Both the position numbers and the translations under genes were made by a program. Below, in pieces: positions 17,890 to 27,178 of a DNA stretch of 64,000 nt. This DNA comes from an uncultured Spirochaetota bacterium (GTDB lineage: Bacteria; Spirochaetota; Brevinematia; Brevinematales; JAOACQ01), in NCBI GenBank assembly GCA_963783575.1, contig CAWAOD010000015.1:1-64000 (forward strand), read 5' to 3'. The notes under the pieces were generated by a model, which saw only the letters and a list, made by a program, of their open reading frames with translations, did not search any database and was not told where the DNA came from. Numbering within the stretch: position 1 is the first letter of the stretch; each line of letters starts with the position of its first letter.

Positions 17890-19863
17890 GTCGAGTAGAG
17901 AAGTCTGTCCTGATAGTTAGATTCCGGCTTAGTTCCGTTTCCAGGTTTCCCCTTCCGTGCCTTAGTGTCCGTATATCTTTCATCCTGACCCTTCCCCCTC
18001 ACAGAACCCATCGTGCGGATTTCCCGCAATAGGCTCTTCATTGATACTCACTTCGTTGCTAAGGATATAGGTTTTGTAAAAGCTATGGTAGATTTTCGGT
18101 CTCGGTAGTTTGTACTTTTTCAGATAGTTGTAGAACTGTTTCCAGTTGAAGCTCTTACGCTGGCTTCTATGGTTCATCCATTTAAAGACCATTCCTTTTA
18201 CTTCATAGTAGTATTTGGCCATTCCGTCAAGATTCTCACTTACTCCGTAATATCTGTAGTGTCCCAGCATTTTGCTTTTAAGTATTGGCCACCATATTCG
18301 TATATCTTTCTGGACTTCCCTTTTGAGCCAGACACTCAGGTCTTTAAGCTTTTGTCTCAGCTTTTTCCCTTCGGTTATACGCCCTACCTTGAACCTTTTG
18401 CGCTTGCTTTTCGAGCAGTAATGGGTAAATCCCAGAAAGTTGAATGTTTCCGTTCTTATCCCTTTCTCTTTTGCCCGTTTTTCAGCAAGCTTCCCGAATT
18501 CTATCAGTCTGGTTTTCTCTTTCGCCAACTCTAGCTTGAATATGCCAAGCCTTGTTTTCAGAGCTTTTAGCGTTTTCTGGGCCGTTTTCTTGAACCTTGT
18601 GCAGATGATGAAATCATCCGCATATCTTACCAGTCCAAGATACCCTTTCACTGCCGCTTTGCCATATTCCACCCATTTGTCCAGAGCGTAATGCAGGTAG
18701 ATGTTTGCCAGAACCGGCGACAATATTCCTCCTTGAGGTGTTCCTCTTTCTGTTTCCTGATATTTGCCTTCTTCCATTACCCCGCCTTTTAGAAACCTTT
18801 CAATCAGTTGGAGCAATGTACTGTCAGATATTCTGTACCTGAGCAATTTGATCATAATCTCGTGGTCAACATTGTCGAAGAACCCTCTTATGTCCGCATC
18901 GATGATATATTCCACAGGTTTCTCGGTTATCATTACACTTAATGCTTTCAACGCATCATGGCATCCCCTTTTCGGCCTGAACCCATATGAGCATTCCAGA
19001 AAGTCCTGCTCATAGATCGCTTCCAGTATTCTCGTAATTCCCATTTGTACGATCTTGTCTTCTACCGCTGGTATCCCTAACGGTCTTAGCTTTCCACTTG
19101 CCTTGGGAATATACACTCTTCTCACCGGTTTCGGCTTGTATGACTTCTTCTTAAGCCTTTCCACCAGCCGGGTCAGGTTGCCTTCAAGGTCTGCCTCGTA
19201 GTCTTCCAGGTTTACTTCATCGATACCGGGCGCTCTGCCTTTCTTAAGCAGATAGAAACACTCTCTCAGATTGTCCATGTTTAATAAGTGTGCAAGACTG
19301 ATAAACTTTAGCTTTTTGTCCTCCTTTGCAATTTCCGCTATACGGCATAGTTCCTTTTCCACAGTTTCCTCCAATTCTGAGTTTGGACTATGTGTCCCTT
19401 GCCGCTACGTGTCAACGTTAATCCCTTCGCTCCACGGTCGTTACCCGCTTCCTCGCTACTATGGATTAATCCGACTCCCTGCCTGTCTTTTCCGCTTCCT
19501 TTCTTCTTCGGATTGTCAGCAGATACCGTTTCCGGAACAGGCAGGGTCTCCCAAGTTCCGCGACCGCACTTTCAATACGCGCCGTTCCTTCCTTACCCCG
19601 GAGAGTCCTGCGGCTGCTTATGCCAGTTTCTTCACCGCAGGTATCAGGTTTCGATTTTGGGGACAACTTGACCACTCCCGCTTTTCTTAATTCCCATAAC
19701 GAGGCTATCGGATTCACTTGCGTTACGGCTCGCATCTTCGCTCCCCAAGACTCCGCCCGCTTCGTTGCCTCCACGGACGCTTGGTTCGCTCCTCACCGAA
19801 CAGGCAATTAATGAGATGAGCACCTTTCAGCTCATTAGCGCAATCCAGTTTATCTTGGCGTAC
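17890..19863 (-). mobile_element. Group II intron 2
   Basis: 5' GTACG at 19863; 3' CTACTCGAC at 17890; domains V/VI nearly identical to intron 1. Confidence 0.9.
17980..19374 (-). CDS. ltrA: Group II intron reverse transcriptase/maturase (reads into domain V)
   Basis: RPLGIP, GTPQGG, YADD; the C-terminal EEPIAGNPHDGFCEG is translated domain V. Confidence 0.95.
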   Translation of the reverse strand: MEETVEKELCRIAEIAKEDKKLKFISLAHLLNMDNLRECFYLLKKGRAPGIDEVNLEDYEADLEGNLTRLVERLKKKSYKPKPVRRVYIPKASGKLRPLGIPAVEDKIVQMGITRILEAIYEQDFLECSYGFRPKRGCHDALKALSVMITEKPVEYIIDADIRGFFDNVDHEIMIKLLRYRISDSTLLQLIERFLKGGVMEEGKYQETERGTPQGGILSPVLANIYLHYALDKWVEYGKAAVKGYLGLVRYADDFIICTRFKKTAQKTLKALKTRLGIFKLELAKEKTRLIEFGKLAEKRAKEKGIRTETFNFLGFTHYCSKSKRKRFKVGRITEGKKLRQKLKDLSVWLKREVQKDIRIWWPILKSKMLGHYRYYGVSENLDGMAKYYYEVKGMVFKWMNHRSQRKSFNWKQFYNYLKKYKLPRPKIYHSFYKTYILSNEVSINEEPIAGNPHDGFCEGEGSG

Positions 19864-20139
19864 CCCCAACTACGGATATTATAAGGCTCCCCGGAAATTC
19901 ATCAAGGGTAAACTCCCGCTGGTCGCCTGCACTGCGGTGCATGCCCTTGACAAATTTCCGGCTCGCGCTTTGTAGTAATTAGTTGGAGCTTTACCATCAA
20001 TATTTTACCCAACCAGCCTAACCGCAAAACCAGTGAAGAAATGATTTGTCAAGGGCGGATTCCGCAGAATCCGGGAGCGAGTCAGCGACTTTACCCTTGA
20101 TAAATCATTTCTGAACGGTATAATTGTCCTGGCTGGTTG
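19864..20139. repeat. Inverted copy of the TCAAGGG/CCCTTGA palindrome pair
   Basis: Reverse complement aligns with 2946-3218. Confidence 0.75.
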
Positions 20140-20233
20140 CCGTTTCCATCGTTCCAATCCGGGGAGCCGTTCAGCGCTCCGCAGAACCTCATAACTTCAC
20201 TGGCACGCGTTTAGGAAAGTCAAGTATTATGGA

Positions 20234-20404
20234 TCAGCGATCAACACGATCTTCAAGACCGCAATCCTGATTACTCAAATTTATAGGTCGAGTAGTATCA
20301 TAGTCTTCACAATCAAAATCCATTTCACTTGCTACATTTTTTACAACTTCTTCAGGGGTAACCTCATTCACGTTCCAGCCCAAATTCATAACTTCAATAG
20401 TCAT
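20234..20404 (-). CDS. Unannotated 56-aa peptide, candidate RiPP precursor
   Basis: AGGAGG RBS right after the radical SAM stop. Hand translation: MTIEVMNLGWNVNEVTPEEVVKNVASEMDFDCEDYDTTRPINLSNQDCGLEDRVDR. Confidence 0.6.
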   Translation of the reverse strand: MTIEVMNLGWNVNEVTPEEVVKNVASEMDFDCEDYDTTRPINLSNQDCGLEDRVDR

Positions 20405-20414
20405 TTTGTTCCTC

Positions 20415-21728
20415 CTATTTAATTAAGAATTGTTCTGTGTATAAACGTAATCTCATATCCCATGTCTCACACAATGGACTTTTAATATCTTTGGCTAATA
20501 TCCCTCCCGGACAAACTCCGCCACAAAATCCAAAATAACGACATTCTACGCATTTATCAAGTAAAATTTTATCTAAACTTAAAAATTCTGTAAAGGTTTG
20601 AACAGTTTTCAGGTTTTTAGTTTTTTTTATATAATTTCTAACATTGGGCGCTCGTGGAAGTTTTAAGTCCGCTTGGTGCTGACACTGGAATAGTTGACCA
20701 TCTGTCGAAACCCATTTAGGAATTCGAAATGCCGCATGACAAGATAAGTAACGCCGATTAGGAATAAGAAAGGGATGAATATGTTTAAAAACTGAATAAT
20801 ACCAAGAAAAAAAGTTTTTGAGAATTACTATATAATTTTGCGGAGAGATAACAGTAAAATTAAGTGGCTTTGAAGCACGTAAATGAGACAAATAAATATC
20901 AATACCATCGCCAAAATTATTATGTAGTTGTTGCGCTAGAGGTAAAATATCGTCTTTGTTCTCTTCACATACATTTAGACGGAAAATAAGTTGCTTCGTC
21001 CTATCTTTGATTGTGGCAATATTATTCCAAAGAGAATTAAATGAAGATTGGCCTCGTATACGAGAAGGACGTAATTGATCATGGTATTTCTGCAAACCAT
21101 CAAAAGTAATTTGAACCTTCTGCAAATTATCTTTTGAAAATATATCTGAAAGCTCTTTAGACCATAAAATACCATTAGTTGTGATCTCATACAATATACT
21201 TTCCCAACCTATTTCTTTTTTTGCTCCTTCAAATTCTTCCATTACATATCGAAGCAAACTTATATTAAGCAGTGGCTCTCCGCCAAAAAGATGAATCTTT
21301 AAAATTCTTTTCTGATTATAAACAAGTTTGGCATATTTTACTGCTTTTAAAACAATCTCTTTACTAATAAACGGTGGTAAATTTTTGTTCGTTTGATAAC
21401 AATACACGCATGCACAATTGCATGATCGAGAAAGATAAATAGTTAAATTTGGAGCAACTTTCCCCTTTTGACAATTAGCCTCCGTTAAAACAATTTTTTT
21501 AAGAATATCTTTTTCATTAATAGATTCTTTAACTAATACGCCATTTTTAACCATTAACTCATATATTTTATCTGGAATTGAACTGAAATCCCTATTTATA
21601 AGACTATTGGCAATTTTTGAGGAGACCAGGCTAATAAAACCTGTTAATCCTGACCATATAAGAGATTGGCAATTTGACAGCTCTAATACTCCCACATATG
21701 AAGATATTTTCATTTCTTTGAAAACCAT
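20415..21728 (-). CDS. Radical SAM enzyme with SPASM-like C-terminal domain
   Basis: CNCACVYC (CxxxCxxC), FGGEPLL, TTNG, C-terminal CVECRYFGFCGGVC...C. Confidence 0.88.
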   Translation of the reverse strand: MVFKEMKISSYVGVLELSNCQSLIWSGLTGFISLVSSKIANSLINRDFSSIPDKIYELMVKNGVLVKESINEKDILKKIVLTEANCQKGKVAPNLTIYLSRSCNCACVYCYQTNKNLPPFISKEIVLKAVKYAKLVYNQKRILKIHLFGGEPLLNISLLRYVMEEFEGAKKEIGWESILYEITTNGILWSKELSDIFSKDNLQKVQITFDGLQKYHDQLRPSRIRGQSSFNSLWNNIATIKDRTKQLIFRLNVCEENKDDILPLAQQLHNNFGDGIDIYLSHLRASKPLNFTVISPQNYIVILKNFFSWYYSVFKHIHPFLIPNRRYLSCHAAFRIPKWVSTDGQLFQCQHQADLKLPRAPNVRNYIKKTKNLKTVQTFTEFLSLDKILLDKCVECRYFGFCGGVCPGGILAKDIKSPLCETWDMRLRLYTEQFLIK

Positions 21729-22339
21729 TTACCGAATGTGCCTTCCAATCTAATAATTTTTTCCCTAATTAAACTCTGTTTATTTAGTAGTTCAAGACAA
21801 AATTGTTTTTGCTTTTCTGCTTCTTCCGAAGGAAAAACAAGAAAACTGGATGCACTATAAGATTCTATCTCTCCATCAATTGTTGCTTCTTCAAGTGTAC
21901 GCCACATAATGTAATGAAAGAGAAGCTTTGAATAGTCTGTATTATCTTCTTGCAACTTATAATGCAATTGATTAAGAATAATACTTTCAATATCTTTATT
22001 AAGTGGTAAAAAAAAACGTCTTACAACGATATTACGCAATGCCTTTTTGTTCTTAGATTTAATTCCTGCTTTTGTATTATCATATTCGTCATTTGCATTA
22101 TTCCAATATCTGGTAATAATAAACAAGTTTTCCATCACAATCAATCTTTGGTATATTGGCAAATAAAATTTACTTATACTCTCATCTAATTCATCAAGCA
22201 TTTTTTCTAAAATGTGATGGCACATCTGCAACCTTATTGCCTTGAGTATAGACCATATTTCTTTACCGCAAAAAAATAAAATAACGATTACCAATATACC
22301 AATTGTAGAAATACCTAATTGCTTTAATATCTCAACCAT
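21710..22339 (-). CDS. Hypothetical protein with N-terminal membrane anchor
   Basis: 209-aa AT-rich ORF overlapping the radical SAM start; hydrophobic N-terminus. Confidence 0.6.
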   Translation of the reverse strand: MVEILKQLGISTIGILVIVILFFCGKEIWSILKAIRLQMCHHILEKMLDELDESISKFYLPIYQRLIVMENLFIITRYWNNANDEYDNTKAGIKSKNKKALRNIVVRRFFLPLNKDIESIILNQLHYKLQEDNTDYSKLLFHYIMWRTLEEATIDGEIESYSASSFLVFPSEEAEKQKQFCLELLNKQSLIREKIIRLEGTFGKWFSKK

Positions 22340-22588
22340 TAGGTTTCCTTCATTATTTATTACAATAAAATAATAGTATAATACATTCTAAATTACAATT
22401 AATATAATAAATTAAAAATAGTCAGGGAGCCGGAAGTCACTTGGCAGAACCGCAGACTTTCGCCGGCGCACGGGTGCTGTTCTCCCTGCTGTGCTTCGGG
22501 CGGGGCTATAATCAAAGCTTTGCACTGGCGCAAGCCCTGTTTTTATGCCGACCGGCTTCGCCTCTCACCCGCCAATCTTCTTTGGCGA

Positions 22589-22747
22589 AGTTAACATAAC
22601 TTGACCTTACCGGCAGGCGTTTACGCTTTTGAGCCGTTTAATGACTATAAAAGTTCAATTCAAAGATCTTCAGAAATATTTTAAAGAAAGGGTTAGAAAG
22701 AGTGCGATTTTTTCGCTTGCTTGCGGGTAAGGTAAGTTATGTTAAAG
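22589..22747. repeat. dif-like hairpin D
   Basis: Plus CTTGCGGGTAA-GGTAAG-TTATGTTAAAG; minus CCTGCCGGTAA-GGTCAAG-TTATGTTAACT. Confidence 0.75.
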
Positions 22748-22938
22748 GGCGGCATAAAAACAGGCAGCCCGACGAATGCCTGGGCGTCATCTCCGTCTCG
22801 CTAGCCCAGGCGTGAGGAGGGCTGAACCGGCTTTCTCCAGCCTCAGACTTCCGCTTCACCGACCAGTCTTCTACAGCTCTCACCCCCAAAAAAATCCCCT
22901 CGTTTTTTATTCCAACAGTCGATGAGGGTAGATAATAA

Positions 22939-23508
22939 CTACCGGAATTTAACTTTATCTAACCAGATAATTAATATTGTAATTATTACTGAAACCATGA
23001 TAAAAGCTGTGACATATGATGAAATAAAATATCCTACATCTAAAGCATGTACTATTTCATCAAATTGATCACTAAACTTTTGATGCCTTGGTGCTACAGG
23101 CTGAATTTGAATTAATTTCAGATACTTAAGTTGATCAAAAACCTTTTCTTTTATTTCTGGAATTAAGTCATTATTGTTTTCTTTCTCCCAATCGATAATC
23201 CTTAATAAATGATCTTTCGGCAAATGTGCCGATGCTTGTATCATTACATCCCTTAATTGACTTTCATTAATTTTTTTGTCCATAAAATCAGAAATGGTAA
23301 AATATAATCTTGATAATAATTCTATTGAAATATCAATCCTATTTGACTTATCTTTTTCTTTAGATATTCTATGAGTTCTGATTTTCTCTCCGACTTTAAG
23401 ACAAATATAAATATACAGTAACAAAAATAATATGAAAAAAAGTGTGGTTGGATTCTTTTTAAATATCTCTAGCAAATCAGTTGCAATTTTTAACATAAAA
23501 CTTTCCAT
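22939..23508 (-). CDS. Hypothetical membrane protein
   Basis: GGAGG RBS before MESFML at 23508; two hydrophobic segments. Confidence 0.6.
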   Translation of the reverse strand: MESFMLKIATDLLEIFKKNPTTLFFILFLLLYIYICLKVGEKIRTHRISKEKDKSNRIDISIELLSRLYFTISDFMDKKINESQLRDVMIQASAHLPKDHLLRIIDWEKENNNDLIPEIKEKVFDQLKYLKLIQIQPVAPRHQKFSDQFDEIVHALDVGYFISSYVTAFIMVSVIITILIIWLDKVKFR

Positions 23509-23531
23509 ATAAACCTCCGAATTAATAAAAT

Positions 23532-23558
23532 AAAAGCCCTGTAAGCTTCTTCTGTCTA
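23532..23558 (-). terminator. Terminator-like hairpin after the immunity gene
   Basis: Minus CCCTGTA...TACAGGG followed by CTTTTATTTT; related sequence at 35934-35968. Confidence 0.5.
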
Positions 23559-23573
23559 CAGGGATTGTTAAAA

Positions 23574-24446
23574 TCATTTCTCTATGCTATATCTGTATAC
23601 ATCCTTCCTTGTCATTCCAAATAACACATATGAGCTGTCCGGTTTCCAATTAAAGAAATAAGATGCTACAGAAACTTTGTTAGTTATAGTTTCCATTACC
23701 TTCTGATTTTGAAGATCCATAAAGTACAATAAAAAATTGGTATCCTGGCAGATTACTGTCCTTTCATCAGGCGAAATCGTGAAATAGTCCATAAATACGT
23801 TCATATCTACAGGTAACTTCACTTTCTCAAACTTTTTTTGACTAATAGAATAGCGGTATATTTCCGATTCTTCCGGACCGTCCAGAAGATTGTTGTTTTT
23901 AAGTAAATAAATTACATCAGGGTTTTGGACCGTTACAGGATAGAAATAATACACCTTAGTTTTGAAAATTTGTTCATTTTTACCAGTGCCAATATCAAAA
24001 CGATATAATTCATGGTATAAATTATCGTAAGGTATTTCTTGCTTTCCTTCTTCCGCATAATAATATATACTCTTAGAATCATAAGTCCATTTATAGTAAT
24101 CAAAATTTGAAGTCAAGATTGTATTTATTTGATAATTACTTGTATTAAGAATTACAAGATTTTCATTACTATATTTAGTGATATAATTACCATTCGGACT
24201 TATTGTATCATATCTATTATTATCATTTTCAAATATCACACTATTTGTGATATATAAACCTGAGGCATGATAAGTTTCTTCTCTTTCTCTAATAAATCGC
24301 TGAATTAATAGAGAATCATTTTTATTGTCAATGATTAACCCCCAAACCTCTCCTTCATCGAAATGATATAGATTTTCTAATTTATTCTTCCCATACATAC
24401 AACTAACAGTCACAATTGTTATTAGTATAATTATATGTATTTTCAT
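23574..24446 (-). CDS. Immunity protein of orphan tip 1 (secreted, beta-propeller-like)
   Basis: Signal peptide; SPNG/SPDE/WKPD repeats; paralogue of 35975..36844; downstream of the toxin tip. Confidence 0.7.
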   Translation of the reverse strand: MKIHIIILITIVTVSCMYGKNKLENLYHFDEGEVWGLIIDNKNDSLLIQRFIREREETYHASGLYITNSVIFENDNNRYDTISPNGNYITKYSNENLVILNTSNYQINTILTSNFDYYKWTYDSKSIYYYAEEGKQEIPYDNLYHELYRFDIGTGKNEQIFKTKVYYFYPVTVQNPDVIYLLKNNNLLDGPEESEIYRYSISQKKFEKVKLPVDMNVFMDYFTISPDERTVICQDTNFLLYFMDLQNQKVMETITNKVSVASYFFNWKPDSSYVLFGMTRKDVYRYSIEK

Positions 24447-24456
24447 AATTCCTCCG

Positions 24457-25470
24457 TTATTTAGGCATATAATAAATAATATTGGGTATTGATGAGGGCA
24501 TAAAACTATAATTCATAGTATCCCTTGGTGCTGTTAGATTATATAATAGATTTTCACTTCCTTGTTGAGCAATTGCTGGTTCATAATAATCTACACCTTT
24601 CCTCGTAATATTAACACCTTCCCCCGGAGATACAATAACGATATGTCCGTCATTAACTCCATAAGCTAATTGTCCATGATTTGCCATTTCCTGAACATCA
24701 TATCCTTGGGTTGCATTCATAGTATTATATGAATTGTCTGTAAAGTACTTTGTCGCATATGGTACACCCCAATGGCCAGAAGCTTCTAAATCTGAATTGC
24801 CGGTATATAGCTTTGTTACATAAGATGCGTATCGGTCGCAATAAGTCTGGGTTTTTGTTTCAATTGATGGAAAGATTCCAACCCAGACTAATTTTGAAGT
24901 AGTTGTAGGATTGAAAGCCGGGTTATCATACGCAATTCTATCAGTAAAGTAAAGCCTTTCCGCATCGGTCATATTATGATCATCAGCAAAGTCTTTAATA
25001 CCGTCATAAGTCAAACTATTGAAAGGTATTTTGCCATTTTTGTATTGATTCTTAAACTCTTGATATGCATCATTTACTTTATTAAGACTTTCTTGACCAT
25101 GCCAAGAAGTATCCCTGTAATTTGTTGGATTATCCGTATAATTCGGGTTTATCGGTGCATTATAATCATTTGCGTAATTTACTGAACCTGTAATTGGATT
25201 TATATTAGCTCCATAATCATTCGCATAATTGCCGGTATGCAAAGATGTTGCTTCTATACTTGTAGTATTCCCCCCTACTGAACTGGGGGTTATCCTCCCT
25301 GTAGACCCCATGCGAGTTGTTGTTTTTTTAGCAGCCGCTTTCCCCCGTGCCGCTTTTTTACAGCCCATGGCCAGAGCCGCTTGTTTCACTTTTATGGCCT
25401 TCGATCTGGTCACGGCGTAGAGAAGAATTAATGCGGCTTTTTGACGGTTGTCATAAATAGACTGCCGCAT
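24457..25470 (-). CDS. Element leader fused to orphan Rhs toxin tip 1 (putative Cys/His amidase, CHAP-like)
   Basis: From PSSV onward nearly identical to the last ~275 aa of the Rhs protein; YCDRYA and GHIVIV motifs. Confidence 0.8.
   Translation of the reverse strand: MRQSIYDNRQKAALILLYAVTRSKAIKVKQAALAMGCKKAARGKAAAKKTTTRMGSTGRITPSSVGGNTTSIEATSLHTGNYANDYGANINPITGSVNYANDYNAPINPNYTDNPTNYRDTSWHGQESLNKVNDAYQEFKNQYKNGKIPFNSLTYDGIKDFADDHNMTDAERLYFTDRIAYDNPAFNPTTTSKLVWVGIFPSIETKTQTYCDRYASYVTKLYTGNSDLEASGHWGVPYATKYFTDNSYNTMNATQGYDVQEMANHGQLAYGVNDGHIVIVSPGEGVNITRKGVDYYEPAIAQQGSENLLYNLTAPRDTMNYSFMPSSIPNIIYYMPK
25280..25308. other. Putative recombination junction (leader/toxin tip 1)
   Basis: GAACTGGGGG-TTAT-CCTCCCTGTAGACCC. 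Similarity to rhs stops at the G5 run; similarity to 5684-5712 continues beyond it. Confidence 0.65.
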
Positions 25471-25472
25471 AA

Positions 25473-25643
25473 TTAGCTAACTTTTTTATGCTGTGGTTTT
25501 AAATCGGCATATTTCCAGCCTTCCTTCCTATGCCTCTTTTCGCTTTCCCTTAACATTTCAAAGTATTTATGCAGGTCATTTCCGCATTCTTCCTGCATTT
25601 TGCGTCCTGCGTTCCTCATTTCTTCTACAATTGGGTCTATCAT
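25473..25643 (-). CDS. Unannotated 56-aa partner (probable antitoxin) of the PIN toxin
   Basis: Hand translation MIDPIVEEMRNAGRKMQEECGNDLHKYFEMLRESEKRHRKEGWKYADLKPQHKKVS; overlaps the PIN stop codon (ATGA). Confidence 0.7.
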   Translation of the reverse strand: MIDPIVEEMRNAGRKMQEECGNDLHKYFEMLRESEKRHRKEGWKYADLKPQHKKVS

Positions 25644-26134
25644 ATATTACTCCCTGTATCGTTTTCCATCAATTCTTCCGGTGTACAAATTTGCGGCATA
25701 TCAAAGCCCAATCTCTGGTTCAACCGGGCAAGTTGTGCCTTCATATGAAGATTTGCCAGATGCGAAAAATTCCATGTTAATAAACAATCCATTTTGTAAT
25801 GAACGGCATAAGCAATATGAGTCATATCCCTGTAAAGTTTATCCGATAAATTAAAATACTCCATATATTTCAAGGCGGTTTCTTCAACTTCAGGTGTTCC
25901 CGGAAGGTTAGTTATTCCTTTTACCAGTTCCAACCGCTTATCAACATAGACCGAATCTCCCCTTTCAATTTCATCCAGCACAACATCAGAAATATACAAA
26001 TCATATTTTTGCCTTTCATTATCCCACCAATCTATTGTGATTTTCTGACGTATAAGAACAAGAGCATTTTCGCTTAACTCAGAAACCCTGTAGCTCGGTA
26101 TGGATGAATCAAGATAAATTTTGTCTTTTTCCAT
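25640..26134 (-). CDS. PIN-domain (VapC-like) ribonuclease toxin
   Basis: IYLDSSIPS, ISDVVLDEI, D..HIAYA, LLTWNFSHLAN. Confidence 0.85.
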   Translation of the reverse strand: MEKDKIYLDSSIPSYRVSELSENALVLIRQKITIDWWDNERQKYDLYISDVVLDEIERGDSVYVDKRLELVKGITNLPGTPEVEETALKYMEYFNLSDKLYRDMTHIAYAVHYKMDCLLTWNFSHLANLHMKAQLARLNQRLGFDMPQICTPEELMENDTGSNI

Positions 26135-26158
26135 AATTACTTTACTCCGATATAAATA

Positions 26159-27178
26159 TTAGCTTTTTTCTACATTTTTATCAACTAATTTCCATTCAAA
26201 AATATGGTTTTCTCTCGATAATACATCAAAATACAATTCATTTTCAAGCGGGTGGTATTTCCGGTAGACCTCCTTCAAGTAAGCAGTCGAAAGGTTCAAA
26301 TAAATCTGTGTTGAGTCAAGACTTGTATGCCCTAAAAGAAGCTGGACTTCCCGGATATCCGCACCGGCGTTGAGTAAATGCGTGGCGAAAGAATGGCGGA
26401 TAATATGCGGGTAAATCGTCTTTGTAAAGCCCTGTTCCACCTTAATCTTGCGGATAATACCGCTTAAACCGCCGGTTGTTAAAGCCTTGCCGAAGTTACC
26501 GAGGAATAATTTACCGGTTCGATATTTCCTAATAGGCTGTATTGCTTTTTTCGGCCTGATTTTCCTGATATATTCCGCAAGATATTTTAAAGCCGTTTCA
26601 CCGAGCGGCAAAACCCGGTCTTTCTTGCCTTTACCGTTCCGTATAAAGAGCATTTTCTCGTCAATGAAAACGTCCGTTACTTCAAGATTGCATAATTCGC
26701 GCGCGCGTATGCCCGTGCCGTATAGGACTTCAAGGATCGTCCGGTTACGGAAGTCAAGGGGGTGCGTCCCCGGGTTGTCTACCGGTACGGCGTCAATAAA
26801 GTCCCGCATTTCTTTTTCTGAAAGTACCTTATCCCGGATGTTATGCCGCTTTCCTTTCATTTCAATATCACCAAAAGGGTTTTGCAAGATTTTATCTTCT
26901 CTTTCAAGTAATTGAAAAACACGTTTCATGGCCATTGCGCTTTTCTGGACGGTCTCTTTTTTGATGCCTTTTTTAGAGTTTGTCTCAAGGTATTCCATAA
27001 ATCCGTAAATATCGCTTTCCCTCACTTCCCGGAAATCGATCATCTTCCTGCTCTCAAGATAATCATTGAATCGTTTCAGGATGCGAAGCATGCTTTCTAT
27101 CGAGCTTGGGGAATAGTTCCGGCTTGTCAATACTTCGGTAACTATGGTTTTGACGGCTTCAAAAGTAAGTTCGTTCAT
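26159..27178 (-). CDS. Tyrosine recombinase (XerD-like), copy 1
   Basis: Same catalytic motifs as 6432..7451. Confidence 0.95.
   Translation of the reverse strand: MNELTFEAVKTIVTEVLTSRNYSPSSIESMLRILKRFNDYLESRKMIDFREVRESDIYGFMEYLETNSKKGIKKETVQKSAMAMKRVFQLLEREDKILQNPFGDIEMKGKRHNIRDKVLSEKEMRDFIDAVPVDNPGTHPLDFRNRTILEVLYGTGIRARELCNLEVTDVFIDEKMLFIRNGKGKKDRVLPLGETALKYLAEYIRKIRPKKAIQPIRKYRTGKLFLGNFGKALTTGGLSGIIRKIKVEQGFTKTIYPHIIRHSFATHLLNAGADIREVQLLLGHTSLDSTQIYLNLSTAYLKEVYRKYHPLENELYFDVLSRENHIFEWKLVDKNVEKS

Larger units (their letters stand above)
5684..25289 (-). mobile_element. Integrative satellite-like element, unit 2 (contains two group II introns)
   Basis: Same gene order as unit 1, with different cargo, TA pair and repressor. 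Confidence 0.6.

Noticed and set aside
13877..19863. RTs as retron, DGR or CRISPR-associated RT
   Set aside because: Both sit inside recognisable group II intron RNA (5' GUNCG, domain V, AC 3' end); no template/variable repeat pair or cas genes are visible.
20282..20296. GTCGAGTAG match to the intron 3' end
   Set aside because: No adjacent domain V/VI and it lies within the peptide ORF; likely chance.
23541..23553. CTACAGGG as an inverted copy of the junction motif (shufflon-like inversion site)
   Set aside because: It forms the stem of a terminator-like hairpin and lacks the GGGGG core; not enough support.
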